The position numbers and the translations under genes were made by a program. From assembly GCA_963695345.1 (NCBI GenBank), contig OY968769.1, positions 2,464,001 through 2,528,000 of the forward strand: DNA of 64,000 bases. Direction: 5' to 3'. The stretch's first letter is position 1; every line of letters begins with the position of its first letter. The stretch is from an uncultured Methanomassiliicoccales archaeon (GTDB lineage Archaea > Thermoplasmatota > Thermoplasmata > Methanomassiliicoccales > UBA472). Positions 12,959-24,130 of this stretch are shown in pieces. The notes beneath the pieces were generated by a model that was not told the DNA's origin, ran no database searches, and saw nothing but the letters and a program-made list of their open reading frames with translations.

Positions 12959-13492
12959 ATGCCAGACATCAGGCAGAAGGTTGAGGAAGACCGGGGGCTG
13001 ATCAAGAAGATCCAGCTGATGGTCCCAGGATATCGCGGATACAGGCTCAGGGACGACCTTAGGGACTCGGACAAGATCCTGAGGGTCGAGCTCGGGAAGC
13101 GACTGGCGCTTCAGCGCAAGGAACTGGAGGAGTTCCGGCAGACGATGGTCACGAACAATCCCATGTCGAAGAACCTTCAGCCGATCGGCGGCATCATCAA
13201 CCAGTACAAGAAGGTCGAGGGCCTGATGGCCCATGGCGAATCGGGATACTCGGGCATCTCGGCGGACATCCGCATCGGCGTACCGGAGCTGAACAGCTCT
13301 ACGAGTACGATGCCGGAATGGTCGAGAGCATCAATTTCATCGAGCAATCCATCGGATTGCTGCGGAGCGGCCGTGGACGACAAGGACGATTTCAAGGTCG
13401 CCGAGCATCTCAAGAACGTCAAGATGCGCATCACCGGTTTCGAGGAGAAGTTCGCCAAGCGCATCTCCACCATCCAGGGAATAGGAGTGTGA
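12959..13492 (+). CDS. Helical hypothetical protein, first gene of the SPFH operon
   Basis: GGAGG RBS; charged, helical-looking sequence with a PGYRGY..RDSDKILR motif; an internal pair of compensating frameshifts around 13295-13365. Confidence 0.75.
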   Translation: MPDIRQKVEEDRGLIKKIQLMVPGYRGYRLRDDLRDSDKILRVELGKRLALQRKELEEFRQTMVTNNPMSKNLQPIGGIINQYKKVEGLMAHGESGYSGISADIRIGVPELNSSTSTMPEWSRASISSSNPSDCCGAAVDDKDDFKVAEHLKNVKMRITGFEEKFAKRISTIQGIGV

Positions 13493-13498
13493 TTCTGA

Positions 13499-14622
13499 AT
13501 GAGCTTAATCGGCGCGGACACCTTCAAGTGGGAGGACCAGGACAAGCGTCTCAACATCATGTTCCGCATGAACCGGAACATCAAGTATGGCGACAACGTC
13601 GTGGTCCGGGAGGACGAGATCGCCGCGTTCTACCGGGACGGAAAGGTCCTGACCTACATGGACCGGCCGGACCGGTACGCGCTCACCGACCTGAACGCCC
13701 CCATCGTGGGCAAGCTGGTCAAGGCCTTGTCCGGTGCGCAGCAGCAGGCCGAGGTCATCTACCTGCAGAAACGCGCCTTCGACGGCAAGTTCGGCTCCAA
13801 GCAGCCGTTCCAGTTCCGGGACAAGGAGTTCGGGATGGTCAACCTCCGGGTGTTCGGCGAGTTCCGTTACAAGGTCTCGAACCCGGAGAACTTCGTGAAC
13901 CAGTTCGTCGGTACGCTCAACTTCGCCACCAGCGCCGAGATCGAGGAGCGCATCAAGGAGCAGATGGTGCTCCTGATCTACTCCGCCATCGGCGACATGA
14001 AGAACCAGGGCATGGGAGTGGCGGATCTGGCCAGCAGCCTGACGAACATCGAGCAGGTGGTCCTGTCCAAGACCAACGACCATTTCGACCTCTACGGCGT
14101 CGGCATCGACAAGATATCTGGACTGTACATCTCCCTGCCGGATGAGGTGCAGAAGGCGGTGGACACCCGGGCATCCATGCAGATAACCGGCACCAACTAT
14201 GCCCAGTACCAGAGCGGACAGGCCATGCGGGAGGCGGCCTCGAACCCCGCGGGAGGGGCGGCCGCGGCCGGTGTCGGCGTCGGCGCCGGTATCGGCATGG
14301 GCTACACCATGGTCGATTCGATGAGGAGCGCACAGCAGCAGCCCGCACCGGGAGCGGCAGCCGCCGGCACCGCAGCAGGTCCTGCTCTGCCCCAAGTGCG
14401 GGGCAACGAACAACGTCGGTGCGAAGTTCTGCAACTCATGCGGAACGAAGCTCACGGTCGAGACGGTCCCCTGCCCCAAGTGCGGCAGCAATGTGAACAT
14501 CGATGCCAAGTTCTGCCCCGAGTGCGGCAACGCGATGAAGGCAACCAAGAAGTGCCCCAAGTGCGGCACCGAATCCGCCGCGAACGGCAAAGTTCTGCCC
14601 CGAGTGCGGAACCACCTTCTGA
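13499..14622 (+). CDS. SPFH/band-7 domain protein (YdjI-like) with C-terminal double zinc ribbons, frameshift near 14385
   Basis: VVREDEIAAFYRDGK, FRDKEFGMVNLRVFGEF, GAAAAGVGVGAGIGMG. The shifted frame gives repeated CPKCG..KFC..CG; stop at 14620-14622. Confidence 0.85.
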
Positions 14623-14632
14623 GGGCGTACTG

Positions 14633-15382
14633 ATGGCCACCATCAAATGCCCCAAGTGCGCGGCACCGGTGGAGTTCGACGCCAAGGACAAGTTCGTCCA
14701 GTGCACCTACTGCGGTTCGTTGATCTATATCGACCGGAGCGGGGCCGGGTTCTACTACGCGGTCCCGTTCATGATCGACCAGAACAACGCCATCGGCACG
14801 TTCCGGCGATGGGCCAGCGGACCCACCAAGGCCAAGGACCTGGACAAGTCGGCGCAGGTGGTGGGAGCGAAGAAGGAGTATTTCCCGGTGTATCTGTTCA
14901 AGCGTGACGTCGACGGCGTCGAGCAGGTGCTGGTGGAACCGGCCGGATCGACGACGCTGCCCGGGCTGCACAGCCTCAAGGTCCCGGCAGGCGACATGAA
15001 GGTGTTCGACAGCACCTTCGACACTGGAGGGGCCGAGATGATCAAGCCGGACATCGAGATGACCTCCTACCTGGGCACACTGCCCGGGAAGCCGAAGGAG
15101 CAGGCCCTGGTCTACTTCCCCATATGGACGATAGACTATGTCTTCGAGCAGAAACGGTACAGCGTGGTGGTCAGTGCCACCTCCGGCGAGGTGTTCGCCG
15201 CCGAGTTCCCCACCCGGAGCTCCGCCTCGTACCTGCTGGTGGCCATCGTCGGTTTCGTGGCCTTCTTGGCCGAGGGATTCCTGGCCTCTAGGACCGGCAT
15301 GTTCGGATTGGCCGTGATCATGATGCTGGTGACAGTTCTGGCGGTGTTCGGGATCGCTTATTACGTGGCAAAGAGGATGTGA
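14633..15382 (+). CDS. Zn-ribbon protein with two C-terminal TM helices (YdjG-like)
   Basis: IKCPKCAAP..QCTYCGS, EYFPVYLF, VYFPIW, VSATSGEV, then two hydrophobic segments. Fused to the SPFH gene in the ORF track only because of the frameshift. Confidence 0.8.
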   Translation: MATIKCPKCAAPVEFDAKDKFVQCTYCGSLIYIDRSGAGFYYAVPFMIDQNNAIGTFRRWASGPTKAKDLDKSAQVVGAKKEYFPVYLFKRDVDGVEQVLVEPAGSTTLPGLHSLKVPAGDMKVFDSTFDTGGAEMIKPDIEMTSYLGTLPGKPKEQALVYFPIWTIDYVFEQKRYSVVVSATSGEVFAAEFPTRSSASYLLVAIVGFVAFLAEGFLASRTGMFGLAVIMMLVTVLAVFGIAYYVAKRM

Positions 15383-15384
15383 AC

Positions 15385-16399
15385 ATGGGCATCGAGGTAG
15401 GTCTAAACTGTCCCGCGTGCGGCGGTGCCATCAAGGTCGTCGAAGGTGAGAACACCGTCAACTGCCAGTATTGCGGTTCGATGCTCTTCGTCGAAGGGGA
15501 CGCGGGCGTCACCACGGTCTCCTTCAAGAACATGATCACCCGGGAGGCCGCGGTGACGGCCTCGGCCGACTGGTGGAGGAAGGGATTCAAGGCCCGGGAC
15601 CTGAAGAAGGATCGGACAGGTGACCGAATGCTATCCCATCTACATCCCGTTCTGGAGCACCACGACACGGGTCGCCGGATGGATATGCGGATACGAGGAA
15701 AGGACCCACAGCGACGGCAAGCGCACCTACACCGAACGGATCCCGAAGGAGGAGATGGTGCTGCGCGATTACCGATTCTCGGAGATAGCCTGCGACCCGG
15801 GGGACCTGGGCATCAGGAAGCTGAGGAACATGGACGGGGAAACGACCCTGACCGATTTCCAGATGATCCCGACCTTCGAGTCGACCACCAGCAGGGACGA
15901 TGCGACCGACGCATGCCAAGGAGAGCGCGATGGCGAACGCCCGGTCCGATGCCCACGTGCCTCACATCACGTTCGAGAACGTGCATGTCTTCCCGAAGTC
16001 GATGTCCATGATCTACTATCCGGTCTGGGTGGTCCGCTACACCTACCGCGACAGGATGTACCTGAACACGGTGGACGGCGTCACCGGAACGGTCCTTTCC
16101 GGGAAGGGCTCCCGGGCGATCCGCTGTTCCAGAGCCTGGCGGTGACCGCCGGGACGTCCATCGGGGGCTTGCTGGCGGCAGCCGGAGTCATCGTCGCCAG
16201 CTCTTCGGCGGAGGTGGCGGTCGGATGCTTCATCGTGGGGTTGATCATCATGATCGGGACCTATCTGTTCTTCCGGCACGGTTCGGAGATAACCGAGGGG
16301 GAATTCTCCGACCGGGGGTTCAGGCTCGGCGACCTCAAGGGCGTGGCCTCGCAGCTTTCGCAGGGACGCGTCGGCGGCAACAACTGGGGTGATATCTGA
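15385..16399 (+). CDS. Second Zn-ribbon membrane protein (YdjG-like paralog), frameshifted
   Basis: LNCPACGG..NCQYCGS, YIPFW, YYPVWVVRY, VDGVTG, two C-terminal TM segments. Confidence 0.78.
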
Positions 16400-16987
16400 T
16401 GCAGGTGATACAGGTCAAATGCCCCAAGTGCGGGAACCCGATCTATTCGAAACAGAAGGACACCGTGTTCTATCTGCATCAACTGCAACACGATGCACAT
16501 CCGGAACGGCGGGATCCAGGTCTTGGACGTCGAGATCGGGGACTTCAACAAGAGCGCCTCCCAGGACCGGGTGTACGTCCCGTTCTGGCGCATGTACTCC
16601 ACGGTCGTGGTCAACAACTCGCGTTCCGAGGGAGGAGGATTCCATAAGCTGGCAAGTGGTTCAGCGGGGACAGCAATTCCGGAAATATCTTCATCTGGGT
16701 CCCGGCATCGGAAATGGACATCGACCGGTTCAAGGGCATGGCCATGGACTTCACGCTCAACCCGCCGCCGTACAGCACCAGGATGGATTTCGGCCTGGTG
16801 CCGAGGCTGCCCACGGTCATGAAGCGAGGCGGAGGCGATGGAGATGGCCGATTTCGTGGTGGTGACGATCGAGGCGGAGAAGCCGGGCGTCCTGCAATCC
16901 CTGGACTATTCCCTCACCGTGCACGATGCCAAGCTGATCTATCTGCCGTTCGTGAGCACGGAGCGCGGACTGATACCGGCGTTCTGA
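16399..16987 (+). CDS. Third Zn-ribbon protein (soluble), frameshifted
   Basis: VKCPKCGNP..C.NCN, YVPFW, IWVPA, LIYLPF; TGATG coupling to the previous gene. Confidence 0.7.
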
Positions 16988-17073
16988 TCGCCCCACAAAC
17001 CCCACCGACTTCCTTTCCATCGTGGATGAATTAGCAGATAAGTTTGATAACGGCAGACTGTCTACTCCTGGCC

Positions 17074-17665
17074 ATGGCAGAGGGGTCTGGCATCAACAAA
17101 AGGACCATTTACAAGATCGTCGCGGTCGGACGTGATCGTCATAATCCTGCTGTGGACGGTCCTGGCGTACAATGGAATCGTGGGCAAGGACCAGAACGTC
17201 AACTCGAAGCTGTCGGAGATAAAGAACCGATACACCGTGAAGCTCAATGTGCTGCCGGCGATGCTCTCGACCCTGAACAACTACACGATCTACGAGTCCG
17301 GTCTGCTCACGAACATCACTGCGCTGAGGAGCCAATGGATGGCGGAATCAAGCAGCAGGGGCCTCCGCGACCAACCTCTCGAACACCAGCGAACAGCTGG
17401 ACACGACAGCTCAGCCAGATAGTTCTGACCTGGGAGAACTACCCGATCTCAAGGCGGACTCCCTTGTTCAGCCAGTACATGGGTGAGATAGTCAACCAGG
17501 AGGAACAGCTGTCATATTCCAGGACGAACTACAATACGGCGGTGCGGGACTACAACACGGCCATCAAGTCCTTCCCCAACAACCTGCTGGCCGGATCGTT
17601 CGGTTTCGGCGACAAGATCGTATTGGGGCACAGGGATCGACGACGGAACGGCGCTCAACCTGTGA
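17074..17665 (+). CDS. lemA: LemA family protein, frameshifted
   Basis: N-terminal TM then YNGIV, YESGLLTNITALR, ENYP.LK, EEQLSYSRTNYNTAVRDYNTAIKSFPNNLLAGSFGF. Confidence 0.9.
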
Positions 17666-17674
17666 CGGGTCGGG

Positions 17675-18430
17675 ATGAACCGCTCCACGAAGATCGCCGC
17701 CATCGTCGTGTATCGTGGTAATGGCGATTATCTTCTCGATAGGGGCGTACATCATCCTTCAGCCTTCGAACAATGATGATACCAGTTGGGTCCCCGAGCT
17801 CGACTTCCTACGTCACGGATGATACCTACGTTCTCTCGGACACGGACTACTACGACCTTCTTGACTTCTGTGCCGCGGTCGAGCACGAACAATACCTGCC
17901 AGATAGCGGTTTTGATCGTCAACGGCACGAACTACAATGGCGTCCACGTCGGGGTCAATGACCTGGCCGTCAAGGTCTTCGAAAAGAACGGGATCGGCCA
18001 GAAGGGCAAGGACAATGGCGTTCTCTTCGTCCTGTCGACAGCCGACGAGAGCTGGCGGGTGGTCACCGGAAAGGGCGTGGAAGGTATCCTCAGCGGCGCC
18101 AAACTGACGGAACTCCAGAACGCCTACCTTGTACCATACCTCGACACTCCGGGCAATTATTCCACTGGTATCACGCTGTTCGTCTACTCGATCGGACTGG
18201 AGCTGACCGATCACTATATCAATACCGGTCCGGCACCCAGCCCCTACCCGATCGACTTCATCCCCCTGAACGGCTTCGAGCTGGCGATCGCCATTGCCGT
18301 TTTCATCGTACTGATGATAATCACCCGGGGAAGGGCCATACTTTGGATCGGTCTGCTTTTCGGTAGGGGCGGAGGCGGCGGCTTCGGCGGCGGCAGTACC
18401 GGAGGCGGCGGGTCCAAGGGACGTTTCTAG
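17675..18430 (+). CDS. TPM domain (YgcG/YdjH/DUF477) membrane protein with Gly-rich tail, frameshifted
   Basis: YVTDDTYVLS, QIAVLIV, GIGQKGKDNGVLFVLS, VTGKGVEGIL, TM, GGGGFGGGSTGGGGSKGRF. Confidence 0.9.
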
Positions 18431-18614
18431 GAAATTAGAAAACGGAGTTGAGAGAGCTTCGGCTAATTTGTTTTCGGATTCCATCGATTTCATTCCTTTT
18501 TTCCGGCGAACGAACGGAGCTGATTATCAGCGTCCAGGCAATCAATATTCCGAAATGGTTTTAAATGGGATGCTCACTTGATGCCCATTCTGTATCGATG
18601 GAGATGGTCGTACT

Positions 18615-19356
18615 ATGAAATCCTGGCAGTTACGGCTCGGTTTGTTATTGGTGTTCCTTTCCGTACTCACATACGTGCATGCATTACCTGCTCTTCAATG
18701 ACCTGCACCATATCCTGATCTATTTCGTCGGGGATATCGCATTTGTATTCATCGAAGTGCTCCTGGTAACATTGATAATTCATTCTCTCTTGGATAGAAG
18801 GGAGAAGGCGAATATTATCGGCAAGATGAGCACGGTGATCGGGGCGTTCTTCAGCGAACTTGGCAGGCCCTTGATCGTCCTACTCATGAAGCATGGAGTG
18901 CGCGAGGAGGCACTGGGTGTCGACCTACGGTTTAACAACAATTGGACCGATAGCGATTATAGAAATGGCGGTCAAAGCATTGTCAGAAAAAGGAAGTATC
19001 ACTCAAGCTTGATGCGACCGACATGGCGGAGATCAAGAAGCTGCTGACCGAGAAACGGGATTTCCTATTGGGCATGATGGAGAACCCGAACCTGCTGGAG
19101 CATGAGAAGTTCACGGAAATGCTGCTGGCCCTGTTCCACGTCCAAGAGGAGCTCATGTTCCGGGGCGACTCGAACGCTCTGCCGAAATCGGACATTGCCC
19201 ATCTGAACAAGGACGTCAACCGTGCTTTTGGATTGATCATCCGGGAATGGATAATGCACATGAGACACCTTCAGAACAACTATTCCTACTTGTTCTCGTT
19301 GGCCACAAGGACGAACCCCTTCGACCCTCGAGGCGGAGGCAATAGTGAAGGAATGA
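18615..19356 (+). CDS. Conserved hypothetical membrane protein, frameshifted
   Basis: Two N-terminal TMs, GDIAFVFIEVLLVTLII, IGAFFSELG, ENPNLLEHEKFT, YLFSLATRTNPFD. Confidence 0.75.
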
Positions 19357-19482
19357 GGGTAATCACTTCATGGAGTAGAATGGAAAGACGGATCGCCCTC
19401 CAATCGAATGTTACGATTCAGATGAAGCTCAGGCGAAGGTTAATGAGAGCATTCGCGCCTTAGTCTGGAAAGGGGATCGTAC

Positions 19483-20295
19483 ATGGGAAGGCTCTCAAGA
19501 GGATGGCAGCTCACCAAGTTGAGTTTCAACGTAATCAGAAAGGACAAGGAGATCTTGCTGTTTCCGATCATCTCAGGAATAGCGCTCATCCTGATGGCGG
19601 CATCGTTCTTCGGAACATACTACTTCGCTTTCGGATTCGACAATATCAACACCTACCTGCTGGCGGCATTCTTCATCGCCTTTTACTTCGTGTCTGCCTT
19701 CATTGTCGTCTTTTTCAACGTAGCTCTAGTCTCATGCGCGATGCTCCGCCTGAACGGCGGGGATCCCACCTTCTCGTACGGGATCAAGATGGCGACCTCA
19801 CGCCTGAAGTATATCCTGGAATGGGCACTTCTTTCGGCAACGGTCGGACTGGTGCTGCAGGCGATCAGCTCCAGATCAGGGGTCATCGGAAAGGTCATCA
19901 TCGGGATGATCGGCTTCGCCTGGTCGGTGGCTACTTACTTCGTCGTGCCGATCATCGCGTTCGAGCAGATGGGGCCGTTCAAGGCGATCAAGCGCAGCGC
20001 CTCCATCCTGAAAGGCTCGTGGGGAGAGGCGTTGATATCGAACCTCGGCATAGGACTAATCTTCTTCTTGCTGGCGCTGGTAGGGCTGATTCCCCTGATC
20101 ATCGGGTTCGTCATCGGGGTTTCGTTCGCCATCATCGCCGGTATCGTCATTGCGGTGGTCTACTGGCTTTGCCTGGCGGTTCTGGCATCGGCGGCCAGCG
20201 GGGTATTGTTGACCGCTCTCTACCGTTACGGGACCACCGGGAAGCTGTCGGAGTACTATTCCGAGCAGGTCCTGCAGAATCCCTGGAGACAGTAG
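19483..20295 (+). CDS. Multi-TM membrane protein (DUF6159-like)
   Basis: Intact 270-aa ORF with about 6 TMs; KDKEILLFP, WSVATYFVVP, AIKRS..LKGSWGE. Confidence 0.8.
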   Translation: MGRLSRGWQLTKLSFNVIRKDKEILLFPIISGIALILMAASFFGTYYFAFGFDNINTYLLAAFFIAFYFVSAFIVVFFNVALVSCAMLRLNGGDPTFSYGIKMATSRLKYILEWALLSATVGLVLQAISSRSGVIGKVIIGMIGFAWSVATYFVVPIIAFEQMGPFKAIKRSASILKGSWGEALISNLGIGLIFFLLALVGLIPLIIGFVIGVSFAIIAGIVIAVVYWLCLAVLASAASGVLLTALYRYGTTGKLSEYYSEQVLQNPWRQ

Positions 20296-20310
20296 TCCCA
20301 TGACGAGCGA

Positions 20311-20340
20311 GGGGACGGCGTCCCCCTTTACTGTTCTTTG
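20311..20340 (+). terminator. Short GC hairpin plus pyrimidine tract
   Basis: GGGGAC-GGC-GTCCCC followed by CTTTACTGTTCTTT. Confidence 0.4.
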
Positions 20341-20403
20341 ACGATCTAGTCGGCAGGTCCGCCTAGCGACAATTAGTTATCCGACAGTGCGTAATTGCGT
20401 CCT

Positions 20404-20970
20404 ATGACCTCGAACACGTGCCTGTCCTGCGGCAGGGAAATGGCCAAGGACATGATGTTCTGTCCCTACTGTGGTTCCAAGATACAGGCGGAAGGCTCTC
20501 TGGCCGATGCCGGCGAACAGGAGCGGATTGAAGGGGTTATCCCTTTGGCCAAATGGAGGGGGGAAACGGACCAAGGAACATTGTCGACTCTCGTCATCAC
20601 GTCGACCAGTGTCATTATCGCCAAGGTCAAGGAGACAGATTCGGACAAGATAAGAAAGGCCACCGGTTCGCTGTTCATGGGAGGGGCGAATCTGGACCCA
20701 GAGCGCCACAGAAAGAGCCTGGGTGCCTATTCCAGTCGATACCTGACGATGGATCCGGGAACGATTCTGGCTGAATCGTCAAGCAACGAATCGATCAGAA
20801 TAACCGATGTGAAGGCGGTCCGGATTTCTTCCGAGGACGATTCCGAAGGCGATCAGTATTACATACTGGCAATTGAAACGGATCGAGGGATAAGGACGGT
20901 CCAGATCCCGGCAGACAGGGATTCCAGGGATCTGATCATTTCGACCTTCGGCCCTAAGGTACATTGGTGA
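20404..20970 (+). CDS. Zinc-ribbon domain protein
   Basis: N-terminal CLSCG..FCPYCG followed by a beta-rich domain. Confidence 0.75.
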   Translation: MTSNTCLSCGREMAKDMMFCPYCGSKIQAEGSLADAGEQERIEGVIPLAKWRGETDQGTLSTLVITSTSVIIAKVKETDSDKIRKATGSLFMGGANLDPERHRKSLGAYSSRYLTMDPGTILAESSSNESIRITDVKAVRISSEDDSEGDQYYILAIETDRGIRTVQIPADRDSRDLIISTFGPKVHW

Positions 20971-21095
20971 TGGCGGTCATGCAAACAACCGATTCTACTG
21001 TGCCAGGTGGATTCCGGCAGTAGGGTCGACTCATCAGGTAGCTAAAAGTAGGAATGGAACAGGACAGGATTCCGGACCGATTTCCGAATAGCAGA

Positions 21096-21359
21096 TCAAG
21101 CGTATGTCGAATCCATCATCTCGTCCTTTAAGATGCCCTTCATTTCTGTCACCGTTGGCACCCGACCTTCGAGGATCAGCTTGTTGTTTATGAACAAGGC
21201 GGGGACTCTGGACACCCCCCTCTCCTTGGTATAGATGGCATCATGTATGTTCTTGATGTCCGCTTCTATGTCCATCTCCTGGATCGCAGTCCTGACGACG
21301 ACATCCAGCATTTTGCATTTAGCGCAGGTGGATGTAAAGACCTCGACTTTCAGAATCAT
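21096..21359 (-). CDS. Small thioredoxin-like redox-active disulfide protein (MTH895-like)
   Basis: VEVFTSTCAKC, GVSRVPALFIN..EGRVP. Confidence 0.85.
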   Translation of the reverse strand: MILKVEVFTSTCAKCKMLDVVVRTAIQEMDIEADIKNIHDAIYTKERGVSRVPALFINNKLILEGRVPTVTEMKGILKDEMMDSTYA

Positions 21360-21645
21360 ATTAGACCTCTGGTCGGGACCACAGCGCTGTCAATGGTATT
21401 TGAATATGACCAACTCATTTCACATTCGGGATAAGTAACTGCCATTCCGCATAGGATGTAACTTTTCTCTTTCTTTCTGAGGTTGGATCGGAATCGTGAC
21501 CAACAATTCTTTTCTGCGAGGTTTGGTCTGCTGGAGGGAAGAAACGGATGCGACGAGATCCAATATTTTGAAGCATGTTCACTTTCAAAACACCCCAGGA
21601 AAAATAGATAACTCAATCGGGCGTATTTTTCGTGGGGAATGACAT

Positions 21646-22116
21646 ATGGTGAAACCCAAGTTCGAGGAAAGAAAGGAAGGCGATCTGGCTTACATCGAAT
21701 ACACAGGCAGCTACGATAGTGTGCCCTGGGACGAGCTCATACCGAAGCTCTATGGTTGGGCCAAGGGGCAGAAGGTGATGCCTGGGTTCCACCCGATGGG
21801 CATTTTTTATGACGACCCGAGTCAGGTCCCGGCGGAGAAATGCAAGAGCGAGATAGGGATAACGTTCAAGGGCCCGGGGAAGGAGGCGGATGGAATCAAG
21901 ATCAGGCATATGCCGCCTCAGAAGGTGGTTGCTGTATCGTTCAAGGGTCCGGGGAGCGAGTATCAGCGGACGTATCAAGAATTAGGGAGATGGATCGATG
22001 AGAACGGTCATAAGGTCACCGGCCCCAGCATGGAGATCTACTCGAAAAAGCCGGAGATGATCGACGGCGTCATGATACTCTATTCGAAGATACTCATGCC
22101 GGTCGAGGCGAAATGA
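21646..22116 (+). CDS. GyrI-like small-molecule-binding protein
   Basis: YIEYTGSY, GIFYDDP, FKGP..YQEL..WI, GPSMEIY. Confidence 0.88.
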   Translation: MVKPKFEERKEGDLAYIEYTGSYDSVPWDELIPKLYGWAKGQKVMPGFHPMGIFYDDPSQVPAEKCKSEIGITFKGPGKEADGIKIRHMPPQKVVAVSFKGPGSEYQRTYQELGRWIDENGHKVTGPSMEIYSKKPEMIDGVMILYSKILMPVEAK

Positions 22117-22165
22117 TATCGGCCGAATCGAAAGCGTGATAACCGCGACCGCCGTTGCCCGTCCA

Positions 22166-22441
22166 ATGGAAACATGGACGGTGCTCGGTCTACTAGCGGG
22201 GATGCTTACCACGGTCGGGTTCATTCCTCAGATCGTCAAGGGGTACCGCACGAAACAGATGAACGACGTATCGTTGACCATGCCGATCCTGCTGAGCGTA
22301 GGGATGGCGTTGTGGTTCTTCTACGGCGTGATCTTGGAAGACGCCCCGATAATGATCTGGAACCTGATAGCGCTGGTCCTGAACTTGACCGTCATTTACC
22401 TTATTCTCAGTTTCCGCCGGAATAACTCCCCCCCAAAATAG
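22166..22441 (+). CDS. SemiSWEET / PQ-loop transporter
   Basis: GLLAGMLTTVGFIPQIVK..DVSL..LWFFYG, three TMs. Confidence 0.88.
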   Translation: METWTVLGLLAGMLTTVGFIPQIVKGYRTKQMNDVSLTMPILLSVGMALWFFYGVILEDAPIMIWNLIALVLNLTVIYLILSFRRNNSPPK

Positions 22442-22886
22442 TTCGATAAGCGTCCACAGGCTTCTCCGACGCTGGCCGGGATAGCGATGCTCAGACGATT
22501 GTTCAGGGCGGTTTCTCGGCCAAAAAAGAGGGTGTCAGGGCAGGTTGATAACCCAGAGGAGTTGTTAGGGGGTATTATTATTCCGGACCTGACGAAATAT
22601 CTTTCCTTGGAATCGTATAAGATGGTTGTCATCGATAGGGTCGGATAAATCGCTGGTTTATTGCGATTCCAGCGGATATTATTCGCTCTAAGGAATAGGT
22701 AGGGATCCGTCGGTCTCGTAACCGATGATTGTCGAAGTGCCACCCAACTCCAATAATTGCATTGGATTCTATTCCCTGAACATGCCTCATGATCAAATAT
22801 CACCTACGGGAGGACATCGTCAAAATGCCGGTCATTTTGATTCGATTGTCGCCATGATGTTCGGGCCATCGAGGTAGGTCGATCCT

Positions 22887-23369
22887 TCATATGCCGCAGG
22901 TTCGCATCTTGTGTTTTTCGAAGTACCTCTGGTGGTATTCCTCCCCCCTCCAGAATTTCATGGCAGGAACGATCTCGGTGACAATCGGTTTGTCATATTT
23001 CCCCGATTTCTCCAGCCTTTCCTTCGACTCTTCAGCGGCCTTCCTCTGCTCTTCATCGAAGTAGAAAATTATCGATCGATATTGACTGCCCTTGTCTGGA
23101 CCCTGGCGATTCAGCTGGGTGGGGTCGACCATTTCCCAGAACGCATCGAGCAGATCCTTATATGTGACCATCGCCGGATCGTAGGTAAGCTCGACGGTCT
23201 CAGCATGACCGGTCTTTCCGTCGTGGGTATCTTCATACCTGGGATTCGGGAAGTTGCCTCCCTCATAACCGACGGCCGTATCAACGACCCCTCTGATCTT
23301 CCGGAAATCGGCCTCGACATGCCAGAAACATCCACCGGCGAAGGCCGCTTTGCGTAGTTTTTCGTCCAT
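22887..23369 (-). CDS. msrA: Peptide methionine sulfoxide reductase A
   Basis: FAGGCFW, GHAE, RQGPDKGSQYRS, EEYHQRY. Confidence 0.96.
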   Translation of the reverse strand: MDEKLRKAAFAGGCFWHVEADFRKIRGVVDTAVGYEGGNFPNPRYEDTHDGKTGHAETVELTYDPAMVTYKDLLDAFWEMVDPTQLNRQGPDKGSQYRSIIFYFDEEQRKAAEESKERLEKSGKYDKPIVTEIVPAMKFWRGEEYHQRYFEKHKMRTCGI

Positions 23370-23719
23370 AGCTCAACCTCGACCATATTTGGAGCGGGCA
23401 GTCCATATATTTTCTGGTTGACGTGTCATTTCAGTCATGACCTATTTTCCAGACTGATCATCAATTCCTAGGCTTCTAATCAAGTGTCCCTGTACCAGAG
23501 ACAATGAACCATGAGCGTCCGGAAATCATTGTGAAACATCATTTCTCATCGATATTAAAACACGATTGGCACACCACCCGATGTCTCCTCATCACAGGAC
23601 AGCAAGTTCATGGTCATTGAACCGCGATGTGAACTGCCAAGTTGGTCTACTTGCGGAGATGTAATTCAGACCGACCCGCCTTTATCAAGAGATAATTTTT
23701 TACCAATGAGGGTCAGATA

Positions 23720-24130
23720 ATGCCAATCATGACCGTGAGGAACGAAGGAAATCGGGTGGAATTCTTCGGCGGCAGTGAGGAGATCCAAAGATACTTGGCC
23801 GAACTCAAGAAGATCCATGTCAATATCAGCAGGTTGTCTGGAAATTACATCAATAACATGACCACAGGCGAGAGCGGTCTCGAGGTATCATTTTCTTGCA
23901 AGACCGACGAGGGTGACATCGTGGCGACATATCACGAAGAAACACCATCATGCGCCTCGATCGACGAGGCTGAGGAGATGAGGGTCTTCAAGAAGATGAC
24001 CATCAAGGTTCCGCAGGCGGTCTTCGATCGAGATAAACACAAGGATATCATGGACCTGGCCAAGAAATGGCTTGGCGATGTGGGGGTCTCCGTCGAATTG
24101 ATAGTCACGAATAGTGTCGAGATTGACTGA
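23720..24130 (+). CDS. Hypothetical protein
   Basis: Clean 136-aa ATG ORF with protein-like composition after an AT-rich promoter-like stretch. Confidence 0.6.
   Translation: MPIMTVRNEGNRVEFFGGSEEIQRYLAELKKIHVNISRLSGNYINNMTTGESGLEVSFSCKTDEGDIVATYHEETPSCASIDEAEEMRVFKKMTIKVPQAVFDRDKHKDIMDLAKKWLGDVGVSVELIVTNSVEID

Noticed and set aside
14385-14660. Repeated TGCCCCAAGTGCG units resembling a short array
   Set aside because: They encode CPKC zinc-ribbon knuckles; not CRISPR or non-coding repeats.
13499-15382. 627-aa SPFH-Zn-ribbon-TM fusion
   Set aside because: The middle is out of frame; the corrected frame stops at 14622 and a new ATG starts at 14633.
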